From IMG/VR virus record IMGVR_UViG_3300009151_000034, positions 85,098 through 149,097 of that record: DNA of 64,000 bases; one strand, 5' to 3'. The stretch comes from a virus. Below are positions 17,056 to 24,857 of this stretch, one piece after another. The translations under genes and the position numbers were made by a program. Below the pieces are notes generated by a model. That model saw nothing but the letters and a program-made list of their open reading frames with translations. It ran no database searches and was not told the origin of the DNA. Numbering within the stretch: the stretch's first letter is position 1; every line of letters begins with the position of its first letter.

Positions 17056-17535
17056 TTAATCTAATGGGTCAACGGGCATCAAGATTTTTTCCATACCGAG
17101 AGCGGTTGTGCCATCAATATAAAAATGTTCGTGTTCGATTCCGGTATATTGGTATCCAAATTTTTCATAAAATTTTCTAGCGCGTAGATTTTTGTCAGAC
17201 ACTTGCAAGGAAATTCGAGTGCCTCCATCACGAACAATAAAATTTTCGATAGTTTCCAGCACGAATTTCCCATAATTAGTTTTTTGAAATTCTGGGCGTA
17301 TCGCAATAGACTCAATATTATATGATGAATCTAAATCATGAATTACAATAATATATCCTACTAAAACGCCTTCAACTTCTAGGACATAAAAAAATCCATC
17401 ATAATCGATGCAATCTTCAATATAGTCTTCAAAAACATATTTTGAAAAAGCGTCAGGGCCGAATACTTTATCGATATCAACTATCGAATTAATATCTTCG
17501 GGTTTAACTTTTCTTAAATTTAGTGTTGGGATCAT
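17056..17535 (-). CDS. GNAT acetyltransferase (RimI-like)
   Basis: IAIRPEFQKTNYG, LQVSDKNLRARKFYEKFGY. Confidence 0.85.
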   Translation of the reverse strand: MIPTLNLRKVKPEDINSIVDIDKVFGPDAFSKYVFEDYIEDCIDYDGFFYVLEVEGVLVGYIIVIHDLDSSYNIESIAIRPEFQKTNYGKFVLETIENFIVRDGGTRISLQVSDKNLRARKFYEKFGYQYTGIEHEHFYIDGTTALGMEKILMPVDPLD

Positions 17536-17574
17536 TTACTAGTTCTTTCCTAGTCTTATAGGATAATATAAAGT

Positions 17575-17798
17575 TTCGGGATACCAAGTGTCCTGCATGT
17601 CTTGGGATGACATTTAACGGTTTTACCAGCAGTTCTTAATACTTTTAAATGACTGAACCCATTTCATGTCATCTGGTCCCGAAGTGGCTTGAAGATAGAC
17701 CGACTGAACTATAACGTTATTTGATGGTTTAGAATTTTTAGAAATTCCCACAGTCTTGTCATTAGGTGGAAGAACCCATCACTCCCACTTATCTTCAA
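17575..17798 (-). ncRNA. Candidate tandem two-domain structured RNA upstream of the GNAT gene
   Basis: Two ~110-nt domains closed by TTGAAGATA/TATCTTCAA and TTCGGGA/TCCCGAA. Each has an ATGGGTTC hairpin and a complementary CCA(T)/CCCA segment. Confidence 0.5.
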
Positions 17799-17983
17799 AT
17801 GGTGGATGCGATTTTTGTTTTCGCATCAATCTTTTTTTTCCATATAGAATTATAGAAGAATACTTTAGCCATGTCAATAGGATAATACCAGTATTTTTGT
17901 TTGAACCCGAGAGGCTGGTGATCAAACCACGACCAAAAAGCCTCTCGGAATTCTTCAGTCTCTAGAACATCTTGTTCAGGCAC
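17795..17983 (-). CDS. Hypothetical protein
   Basis: 62-aa aromatic-rich ORF. Confidence 0.55.
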   Translation of the reverse strand: MPEQDVLETEEFREAFWSWFDHQPLGFKQKYWYYPIDMAKVFFYNSIWKKKIDAKTKIASTI

Positions 17984-17989
17984 AACACA

Positions 17990-18499
17990 TTAAAAACGAT
18001 ATTGTGCGCCAGCAGAAAATAGATGTTCGTCCTTAGCAGCAGACTTTAAATCATGCACAGGGCGGACATTACGATATCGAAAATCGAATTCAACCGATTC
18101 AGATACTGCAACACGAATACCAGCACCGGCATCATAAACTGGAACAGCAGAACCAGACTTGATAGACCCTAGCTTATCGAAAGCATATCCGCCACCAACA
18201 AGAACGTATGGAGTGATTGTAGAATTAGGAATTCGATACTGACCGATAACGTTTACGGTTGCCATTTCACCAGCACCAGTTGAGCGCCAAGCACGTTCAA
18301 ATTCGCTTTCAACACGAACAAAATTACCGATTTGATATCCTACAACAGCACCAACATTGATACGATTTCGTTCATCCGTTGACGATCCAAGTGAACCACC
18401 AGCATAAAGACCAGAACGATCAGCCTTGACAGGATCAGCAGCCATAGCAGCACTACCAAAACCAACAAGCATAGCAGCAGCCAACATAATATTCTTCAT
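17990..18499 (-). CDS. Outer-membrane beta-barrel protein (Omp25/RopB/Ail-like)
   Basis: Signal peptide, GLYAGG, TPYVLVGGGY, C-terminal YRF. Confidence 0.85.
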   Translation of the reverse strand: MKNIMLAAAMLVGFGSAAMAADPVKADRSGLYAGGSLGSSTDERNRINVGAVVGYQIGNFVRVESEFERAWRSTGAGEMATVNVIGQYRIPNSTITPYVLVGGGYAFDKLGSIKSGSAVPVYDAGAGIRVAVSESVEFDFRYRNVRPVHDLKSAAKDEHLFSAGAQYRF

Positions 18500-18528
18500 T
18501 TCATTTCCTTTTCATTATAATTAAAAAT

Positions 18529-18602
18529 TGGAGCAGGATACGAGAATCGAACTCGTGTCTTCAGCTTGGAAGGCTGTAATAATACCATTATACCAATCCT
18601 GC
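18529..18602 (-). tRNA. tRNA-Gly(TCC)
   Basis: CAGC-CTTCCAA-GCTG, TTCGATT, U73-CCA. Confidence 0.93.
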
Positions 18603-18614
18603 ATATAGAGTCGT

Positions 18615-18773
18615 TTACTTATATTTCTTTTCGAGTTCTTTAATTCTGCGTTCAAGATATTCTTTTACAATTCCAATTTCTTGGGTCTGAAGATATGGAG
18701 GAAGAATATTAATATTATTAGATAATTCATCAACAAATGCAGACCGTTTAATCATATCACTAGAATAGTTCAT
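18615..18773 (-). CDS. Hypothetical protein
   Basis: ORF trimmed to MNYSSD because the longer version overlaps tRNA-Trp. Confidence 0.5.
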   Translation of the reverse strand: MNYSSDMIKRSAFVDELSNNINILPPYLQTQEIGIVKEYLERRIKELEKKYK

Positions 18774-18822
18774 GTTGTATTTTCCATTATAAAGTAAACA
18801 CGATATGATGTCAAAGAATAAA

Positions 18823-18898
18823 TGGCACCAGTGCAAGGATTCGAACCTTGATCTGACGATTTTGGAGATCGCAATGTTAGCCGTTACACCACACTGAT
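18823..18898 (-). tRNA. tRNA-Trp(CCA)
   Basis: GCGAT-CTCCAAA-ATCGT, TTCGAAT, G73-CCA. Confidence 0.93.
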
Positions 18899-18965
18899 AT
18901 TCTTCGCACTGGTATCATTTGTCTCTTTGATCGGGTATCTTATTTATACCAGTTCATAAGACATT

Positions 18966-19238
18966 TTAGTCGTTCTTGGCTTCCTTGTCAACAGTTTTTT
19001 GCTTGGCTTTGAAGATAACAATGTTAAAAATATTAGGGATATCCACTATGCGTTCGACAAGAAAAATCAAATAAAGAGGTGTTAGGACTGGTGAAAAAAT
19101 AACATAAAAGAATACGTTCCACAAAATTGATCCAATAGTCACATCATATCCAGATTCCCATTCATCATACATAATACCACATGATGTTAACAGACCCAAA
19201 GCAATCCAGACACAAAGTATAATTTCCAGAATACCCAT
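18966..19238 (-). CDS. Hypothetical membrane protein
   Basis: Two hydrophobic segments. Confidence 0.65.
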   Translation of the reverse strand: MGILEIILCVWIALGLLTSCGIMYDEWESGYDVTIGSILWNVFFYVIFSPVLTPLYLIFLVERIVDIPNIFNIVIFKAKQKTVDKEAKND

Positions 19239-19242
19239 ATTT

Positions 19243-19449
19243 TCATCTTCCTTCTTTAATTCTATTGAGTTTTTTTAATTCCATGTGGCAAGCAAACATA
19301 AATTGAAATCTGGTTCCCACAAACCCAAGACTGCAAATCATAATCATGGCATCTAAGAGACAGATAAAACCCATGATAAAATTCTGCAATCTCATTTGGG
19401 GATGTGAAAACCATACATGTAAGAACAAATATTTTATACTATTTTTCAT
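19243..19449 (-). CDS. Hypothetical membrane protein
   Basis: One TM segment, in operon. Confidence 0.6.
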   Translation of the reverse strand: MKNSIKYLFLHVWFSHPQMRLQNFIMGFICLLDAMIMICSLGFVGTRFQFMFACHMELKKLNRIKEGR

Positions 19450-19636
19450 AATTTACAATATTATCCACACAGTCATCTTCGTGGATAATATTCATAAGTT
19501 CTTTTAATTCTTTTCGATAACGCCGAACAATTCCGTTGAGAGCAGTTCCGTTATGATACCCATTTTCATTGATAAACATTTTTGAGCGGTCAAGTTCATT
19601 ACGAATATCATCCACCATTTGTTTTAAATTTTTCAT
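19439..19636 (-). CDS. Hypothetical protein
   Basis: Start MKNLKQ with GAGGA SD. Confidence 0.6.
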   Translation of the reverse strand: MKNLKQMVDDIRNELDRSKMFINENGYHNGTALNGIVRRYRKELKELMNIIHEDDCVDNIVNYEK

Positions 19637-19640
19637 ATTA

Positions 19641-19880
19641 TCATTCCTCGTTTTTGAGTAGCCACTTATTCGAAATCGTCTTAAAAGACATACTACCGTC
19701 ATGAAGATTTTTATATACTAAACCTTCACGCCCGCTCTTATTCCCAATAATACTCTGACCATCAGCCAAAGTCAATAGGCTATCTACGGTTTCGCCGTCA
19801 TTAATTGTCTTGGCATCAATCAGAGGAACGTGATCAAGACCGAGAAGATGTGTCTCGATAGAATATTTTGATTCACTCAT
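19641..19880 (-). pseudogene. C-terminal remnant of an RNA ligase (DRB0094/Rnl5-like)
   Basis: LDHVP..REGLVYK..SFKTISNKWLL (motifs IV/V) without the KxDG motif I. Confidence 0.6.
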
Positions 19881-19927
19881 CTTGTCTATCTTTCATCTTT
19901 TGATAAAAACATCATACCAGGATCACA

Positions 19928-20164
19928 TCAGTCTGTCAAGTAGTCAACCCCGTAATAATATGAACTAACTGTCTTCATTGCCTCTAAAAGATTGCAATAA
20001 TATGTGTAATCTTCCATATGGTGTGAATATTGATCTTTTGTGAGTGCTAGGCGATCAACTTCACTTTTAATATCATGATAATCCTCATAAAGAGTTTTTT
20101 TAAAAGCATTAACCAAATCATCATGATCGATATCTACATTAACTTTTAGTGTATAGTTTGCCAT
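19928..20164 (-). CDS. Hypothetical protein
   Basis: Start MANYTL with AAGGA SD. Confidence 0.6.
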   Translation of the reverse strand: MANYTLKVNVDIDHDDLVNAFKKTLYEDYHDIKSEVDRLALTKDQYSHHMEDYTYYCNLLEAMKTVSSYYYGVDYLTD

Positions 20165-20186
20165 ATTAATTTTTATTCCTTTTATA

Positions 20187-20297
20187 TTAATCGAACATCC
20201 AATATAGATACGTTGTGAAGCAGACATTGATAACCGTTGCCACCACCGAAGATACAATCATTGCCAAAAAAACTGTTGACCACTCGATATTTTTCAT
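20187..20297 (-). CDS. Small membrane peptide (36 aa, not in ORF track)
   Basis: MKNIEWSTVFLAMIVSSVVATVINVCF.. Confidence 0.5.
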   Translation of the reverse strand: MKNIEWSTVFLAMIVSSVVATVINVCFTTYLYWMFD

Positions 20298-20308
20298 AAT
20301 AAACCCTT

Positions 20309-20527
20309 TCAACCAATATCAATTTTTAATGCACGCAAAATATACATGTTAGCCTCAGAGTTGTCAATCTCAATATTATAATCAACTCCCGTGTAAAAGA
20401 ATTTACCTGTTTCGCTTTTCACGTCTTGAAAGGTGTCGATGCAAATTTCAGGTTCACCGAATTCAGGGTCAGCCTTGTCTAGAATGAGTTGTAAGTCCTC
20501 AATGAAATCCTTAAGAAGCATAATCAA
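20309..20527 (-). CDS. Hypothetical protein
   Basis: 72-aa ORF downstream of a TTGACA..TATAAT promoter. Confidence 0.55.
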   Translation of the reverse strand: MIMLLKDFIEDLQLILDKADPEFGEPEICIDTFQDVKSETGKFFYTGVDYNIEIDNSEANMYILRALKIDIG

Positions 20528-20602
20528 ACCTTTCGCGTTGTTTCTAAAAGCAATTATAGCCCAAGTGTCGGGTGTTTGTCAATCGATATTTTAGGCGAAG
20601 TT

Positions 20603-21100
20603 TCAATAAAAAATCGGATTGGTGTTGACAATGGTATCAAAACCTTCATCGAGGGTAGGCATCTCAAGATTTTCCATCATATTCTTCATAACATGTCCGG
20701 GGATAGTTTTACCGGGGCGACTATTAAGACGATCCGAAAGAATATCATTTTTGGGCGTATTAAAAAACACAGCGATCTTATAATATTCTTCTGGAATAGA
20801 CTTAATTTTATTCTTACGGGTTTTGGTCGATGTGTTAGTCTGATCCCAAACGATATCTTTTTTATAATGAATCGCTTCCCGTAAAGTTTCGTTCATGAGT
20901 TTTGTTGCAGCATCTATCATCATATGAAAACATTCGTCATATGTTTTTTCCTGCATCTTAGCCCAGGCGTCGATTGTGTGATCTGTTCCAATCAATGCAT
21001 AATTAGGACGGAAGATATGTTTATTCTTTTCGATCCATGTAGACTTACCAGAACATGGAACACCAACCATCATATAAAGAAACGGACGGGTCTTATACAT
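20603..21100 (-). CDS. Polynucleotide kinase domain (AAA_33)
   Basis: GVPCSGKSTW, WDQTNT..R; adjacent to the RNA ligase. Confidence 0.85.
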   Translation of the reverse strand: MYKTRPFLYMMVGVPCSGKSTWIEKNKHIFRPNYALIGTDHTIDAWAKMQEKTYDECFHMMIDAATKLMNETLREAIHYKKDIVWDQTNTSTKTRKNKIKSIPEEYYKIAVFFNTPKNDILSDRLNSRPGKTIPGHVMKNMMENLEMPTLDEGFDTIVNTNPIFY

Positions 21101-21112
21101 TTTTAATCTCCA

Positions 21113-22291
21113 TTAATCGATAACAACAGAGTTCCATCGAGCAGTCTTTAGAATGCCTCGGGTCTTTTCAAACTGAGTATTTGAACTGAGATGGATATAC
21201 ACGTTTTGCTTCACCATGTCAAGAGAAATTCCTTCCTCTTTTTTATCCCATACTTTAAAAATAAGACCACGCATCGTAGGCTCTGAATCCTGTGTTTTAA
21301 TAGCAAAATTCTTGCGGGAAATACCAGAAGCGGCAATCAACATAAGTTCGCTGTTGATGTTGCCCCAGAAATCATAGATATCCTTCCACACTGCATCCTG
21401 AAAGTCAACCAATTTCTTCTTATCGTTATCGGAAAGAAGTGGCATCAGATCATCAGTCTTTTCGTCAATGATAAGACCAACAACATCACGTTCATTCTCT
21501 AGCATACTTTTGGCACGGTGTAAAGAGATATAGGTATCGGCCTTGACCTTCACCATATGACCATCATCAAAACGGATTACAATACCTTCTCTGTCTTCCC
21601 ATTTGCGGACGCTTTCGGTATTTTCTTCGAATGTTTTAGATGCATCATGAGACTCAACACAAGATACTACTGGAATATCAAAAAACGAAGCAAAAGACGA
21701 TAATGCAGTATGGTTAAGATATCGTCCAGTGAAATTACTACGAACGGCAGTCAAAATAAGTTGGTCTTTTGGGTAGTCAACCACAATACGTTGCTGGCGG
21801 CTGCACCATTCAAAAATAGGCGTCATACCAATATTAATCATATATTCAGCGGCTTTTTGATACTGAGGGTTATTAGCAACAAATACTTCTGCTTGCATAG
21901 AAACTTCGGTCACGCCCATCTTTGTTCCCCAGCGGATATGACCACGAATAGGAATAGGACGGATCATAGAACCATCAAGTTTTTCTAAAAAACGGTGCGA
22001 CTCTGTAATATTAAGATCAGTTACATCGGCTCGTTCGCCATAATTAAAAAATTTGTGATATGGGCGTGAAATAACTTCTCCGGTTTCTGTATCAAAAATA
22101 AGCCCACGAAGTTCACGGCGAATAGCAGAAGCACGATCAATCACGGGAGGAAATGTATCAGACCCCATACGAACATAATTTACGACTGTGTAACTATCTT
22201 TTTCCACAATGATAAAATTATGGTCATCTTTAATCACTTCACGGACTTCTGCCAACGTGATGTTAATCGGAAACTCATAATGTAGGGTCAT
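21113..22291 (-). CDS. rnlA: RNA ligase 1 (T4 RnlA-like)
   Basis: ELRGLIF, SRPYHKFFN, EKLDGSM, REGIVI, KVK. Confidence 0.9.
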   Translation of the reverse strand: MTLHYEFPINITLAEVREVIKDDHNFIIVEKDSYTVVNYVRMGSDTFPPVIDRASAIRRELRGLIFDTETGEVISRPYHKFFNYGERADVTDLNITESHRFLEKLDGSMIRPIPIRGHIRWGTKMGVTEVSMQAEVFVANNPQYQKAAEYMINIGMTPIFEWCSRQQRIVVDYPKDQLILTAVRSNFTGRYLNHTALSSFASFFDIPVVSCVESHDASKTFEENTESVRKWEDREGIVIRFDDGHMVKVKADTYISLHRAKSMLENERDVVGLIIDEKTDDLMPLLSDNDKKKLVDFQDAVWKDIYDFWGNINSELMLIAASGISRKNFAIKTQDSEPTMRGLIFKVWDKKEEGISLDMVKQNVYIHLSSNTQFEKTRGILKTARWNSVVID

Positions 22292-22348
22292 AACTTTTTA
22301 TCCTCTCTTTACCTGATTAAAACATATTATCAGGTTTATTAGTCCATG

Positions 22349-22651
22349 TCAAGCTAAATCTTCCTGGACTTGATTATCGACTTGATCCCAGGCTTGATCC
22401 CAGACTTGATTATCGACTTGATCCCAGACTTGATCCCAGACTTGACTCCTGACTTGATCCCAAACTTGATCCATGACTTGTTTTTTGACTTGATCCCAGA
22501 CTTGATCCCTGACTTGATGTAGGACTTGATACTGGGTTCGATTTCTGACTTGAACATTAACTTGATCGCTGACTTTATCCCAGACTTGATTCCAGACTTG
22601 AATTTTAGCTTGATAACTAATTTGATTACTAATTTGATTTTTAACAGTCAT
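22349..22651 (-). CDS. QV-tetrapeptide repeat microprotein A
   Basis: MTVKN..(QVxx)n..QVQEDL. Confidence 0.75.
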   Translation of the reverse strand: MTVKNQISNQISYQAKIQVWNQVWDKVSDQVNVQVRNRTQYQVLHQVRDQVWDQVKKQVMDQVWDQVRSQVWDQVWDQVDNQVWDQAWDQVDNQVQEDLA

Positions 22652-22817
22652 CTAAATCTTCCCTGACTTGATCCCAGACTTGATCTCTGACTTGAATACC
22701 AACTTGATTCCAGACTTGTTTCCAGACTTGTTGCATGACTTGATCTCTGACTTTATCACAAACTTGAACCCCGACTTTATCATAAACTTTATCACAGACT
22801 TGAATGTTATCAGTCAT
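22641..22817 (-). CDS. QV-repeat microprotein B (58 aa, not in ORF track)
   Basis: MTDNIQVCDKVYDKVGVQV..QVWDQVREDLDDC. Confidence 0.7.
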   Translation of the reverse strand: MTDNIQVCDKVYDKVGVQVCDKVRDQVMQQVWKQVWNQVGIQVRDQVWDQVREDLDDC

Positions 22818-22986
22818 TTAAATCTTCCCAGACTTGATCGTTGACTTGATCCCTGACTTGAATACCAACTTGATTCCAGACTTGTTTCCAGGCTTGATGT
22901 AGGACTTGCCTGCTGACTTGTTGATTGTCAACTTGATCCCAGGCTTGAATTTTAGCTTGATAACTAATTTGTTTTTTAACAGTCAT
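22810..22986 (-). CDS. QV-repeat microprotein C (58 aa, not in ORF track)
   Basis: MTVKKQISYQAKIQAWDQV..QVWEDLND. Confidence 0.7.
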   Translation of the reverse strand: MTVKKQISYQAKIQAWDQVDNQQVSRQVLHQAWKQVWNQVGIQVRDQVNDQVWEDLND

Positions 22987-23170
22987 CTAAATCTTCCTGG
23001 ACTTGATCCCGGATTTGATCCCTGACTTGATCGCTGACTTGTTCCCTGACTTGATTCCAGACTTGATGTAGGACTTGATACTGGGTTCGATTTCTGACTT
23101 GAACATTAACTTGATCGCTGACTTGTTCCCTGACTTGATCATGAATATCATAATTAAATTTATTATACAT
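22976..23170 (-). CDS. QV-repeat microprotein D
   Basis: MYNKFNYDIHDQVREQV..QVQEDLDDC. Confidence 0.65.
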   Translation of the reverse strand: MYNKFNYDIHDQVREQVSDQVNVQVRNRTQYQVLHQVWNQVREQVSDQVRDQIRDQVQEDLDDC

Positions 23171-23324
23171 CTTCGTCGGCGGATAGAACATTTTTGACTG
23201 TATCTTTAATAACTTTCAAAAGACCTATAGAAGCAAAATGGCGCATAGCCTCATCATCAAGATCAAGTGTTAGAGTAGCACCACCATCATCATGATCCTG
23301 GCAGTCAACAACTTCAATTTTCAT
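23163..23324 (-). CDS. Hypothetical protein (53 aa, not in ORF track)
   Basis: MKIEVVDCQDHDDGGATLTLDLD.. with GGAG SD. Confidence 0.6.
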   Translation of the reverse strand: MKIEVVDCQDHDDGGATLTLDLDDEAMRHFASIGLLKVIKDTVKNVLSADEDV

Positions 23325-23325
23325 T

Positions 23326-23685
23326 TCACAATCTCCCTAAACATTCTTTAAATTCTTCTGGTAAAATTACATTGTTTGGCACATTCTTAAACATCCATGC
23401 GATTTCGTGAGGCTTATAACCAGAGAGGCCAGTCCCGACAGCAGTAAGAATGAACCGTAGATCAGGATTATCATACGAAAATTGGATAAAGATGTCAACA
23501 TATTTTTTGATCTCTGTTAATGGTAAAGTATTGATTTTATTATCTTTTGTCGGGATTGCATAGCTGTTACCCTGTAGACCAACACCCTGACCATAGATAG
23601 CGCCATGATACTTCTTAGCAAAAAGTGCGGCACCTTTACCGTGCCTTCCGGCTGTGTTGGAACCGAAAGTGAAAATATCACGCAT
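23326..23685 (-). CDS. Conserved phage protein (IFxFGSN..HG.GAA family)
   Basis: IFTFGSNTAGRHGKGAA, YAIPTK, VGTGLSG. Confidence 0.8.
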   Translation of the reverse strand: MRDIFTFGSNTAGRHGKGAALFAKKYHGAIYGQGVGLQGNSYAIPTKDNKINTLPLTEIKKYVDIFIQFSYDNPDLRFILTAVGTGLSGYKPHEIAWMFKNVPNNVILPEEFKECLGRL

Positions 23686-23854
23686 AATTTAAATCCTCTT
23701 TTACTTGATTTATGACTTGAACCCCGATTTGACCATAAACTTGATCCCAGACTTGATCCCTGACTTGTTCATAGACTTGTTCATAGACTTGATCCCCGGC
23801 TTGACCCCCGACCTGATCCCTGACTTGATACTTGACTTGTTTTTTAACGGTCAT
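23678..23854 (-). CDS. QV-repeat microprotein E (58 aa, not in ORF track)
   Basis: MTVKKQVKYQVRDQV..QVKEDLNYA. Confidence 0.7.
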   Translation of the reverse strand: MTVKKQVKYQVRDQVGGQAGDQVYEQVYEQVRDQVWDQVYGQIGVQVINQVKEDLNYA

Positions 23855-24026
23855 TTAAATCTTCCCAGACTTGACTTGAGGCTTTATCAATAATTTCACG
23901 GTTGACTTTATAACTGACCGGATCATTGGCTTGGCCCCAGATTTCATATTTGGCTTGATTACAAATATGATCATAGAATTGAATGTTGACTTGTTTTGTG
24001 ATTTTAATTTTATCTACAATAGTCAT
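23844..24026 (-). CDS. Diverged QV-family microprotein F
   Basis: Ends QVWEDLNDR. Confidence 0.65.
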   Translation of the reverse strand: MTIVDKIKITKQVNIQFYDHICNQAKYEIWGQANDPVSYKVNREIIDKASSQVWEDLNDR

Positions 24027-24205
24027 AGAAACTTTAAATCTTCATCCAATTGAAATCTTAGATGCACCTTATATTGATTAAATACTATATCTTCAACTTC
24101 TCCCCATATAACAAAAGAAATGTGTTCGGCATAATTTAAGTCCCAAATTTTTCGAAAACTTTCCCTATCTGTGTATGAAGCCATAATTTTATTTTTAACG
24201 GTCAT
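24023..24205 (-). CDS. Diverged QV-family microprotein G
   Basis: Starts MTVKN, ends QLDEDL. Confidence 0.65.
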   Translation of the reverse strand: MTVKNKIMASYTDRESFRKIWDLNYAEHISFVIWGEVEDIVFNQYKVHLRFQLDEDLKFL

Positions 24206-24380
24206 TTAAATCTTCACCAATTTGATTCCAGGTAAACCACCACATATCACCCACAGAACCATCTGCTGGCAATAACATAGTAATTTCATAAGGATAAACA
24301 TCACTATAATATTTTTCTTGACATCGATAACGACAATCCCGCCATACATCTTTTTTTATTTTATCTATAAGTTTATTCAT
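24195..24380 (-). CDS. Diverged QV-family microprotein H
   Basis: Ends WNQIGEDLNDR. Confidence 0.6.
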   Translation of the reverse strand: MNKLIDKIKKDVWRDCRYRCQEKYYSDVYPYEITMLLPADGSVGDMWWFTWNQIGEDLNDR

Positions 24381-24411
24381 AAATTCACCTGACCCAATTT
24401 ATAATAATTTA

Positions 24412-24488
24412 TGGTAGACGGAGCCGGGTATGATCCGACATAATGACCGTTATGAGCGACCCGCATTTTCCATTTATGCTATCCGTCC
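24412..24488 (-). tRNA. tRNA with CAT anticodon (Met or Ile2), atypical T-loop
   Basis: GGACGGA/TCCGTCT-A-CCA, GGTCG-CTCATAA-CGGTC, T-loop ATCATAC. Confidence 0.8.
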
Positions 24489-24505
24489 AAATACCAAGTG
24501 CAGGA

Positions 24506-24856
24506 TTACTTTTTAAGTTTCTTAGTTTCATCCTCAATCCACGCTTTAAGCAGATTAATACCAGGATCAACAACTCCTTGGACTTTTTCATCATTCAAAA
24601 AAGAATTTGTATAACTAGTAGCCACCATCACCATCATCGTCTTTTGATCAGGAATTAAAATTGATAATCCTGAACAAACACACACTACGATAAAAATACG
24701 TTTGCCGATATTAATAATATCTGTTTCATTTTCAAGTAAACCAAAAACGATTGCAAATGAAGATAAAATTGCTCCAAAAATCCCCACGATAACACAGAGA
24801 CCATGAATATTATTCAAAACATTATTCAAATATAAAATATAGGGTAGAGAACTCAT
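24506..24856 (-). CDS. Hypothetical membrane protein
   Basis: Two TM segments, IPDQKT motif. Confidence 0.7.
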   Translation of the reverse strand: MSSLPYILYLNNVLNNIHGLCVIVGIFGAILSSFAIVFGLLENETDIINIGKRIFIVVCVCSGLSILIPDQKTMMVMVATSYTNSFLNDEKVQGVVDPGINLLKAWIEDETKKLKK

Positions 24857-24857
24857 A

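Noticed and set aside
17623-17826. 68-codon frame with one internal TGA (MRKQ..KWE*WVLP..) as readthrough or selenoprotein
   Set aside because: No recognisable protein motif, TGA is an ordinary stop in many genes here, no suppressor or Sec tRNA was seen, and RNA structure explains the region better.
22354-22557. Alternative-frame (IKSG)n ORF
   Set aside because: A by-product of the 12-nt repeat. The QV frame has the conserved coupled starts and stops.
22349-23854. 12-nt periodic repeats as a CRISPR array or DGR target
   Set aside because: The constant part is only ~6 nt with 6-nt variable parts, all in frame within ORFs. No cas or reverse-transcriptase gene is in the window, and variation is not limited to adenines.
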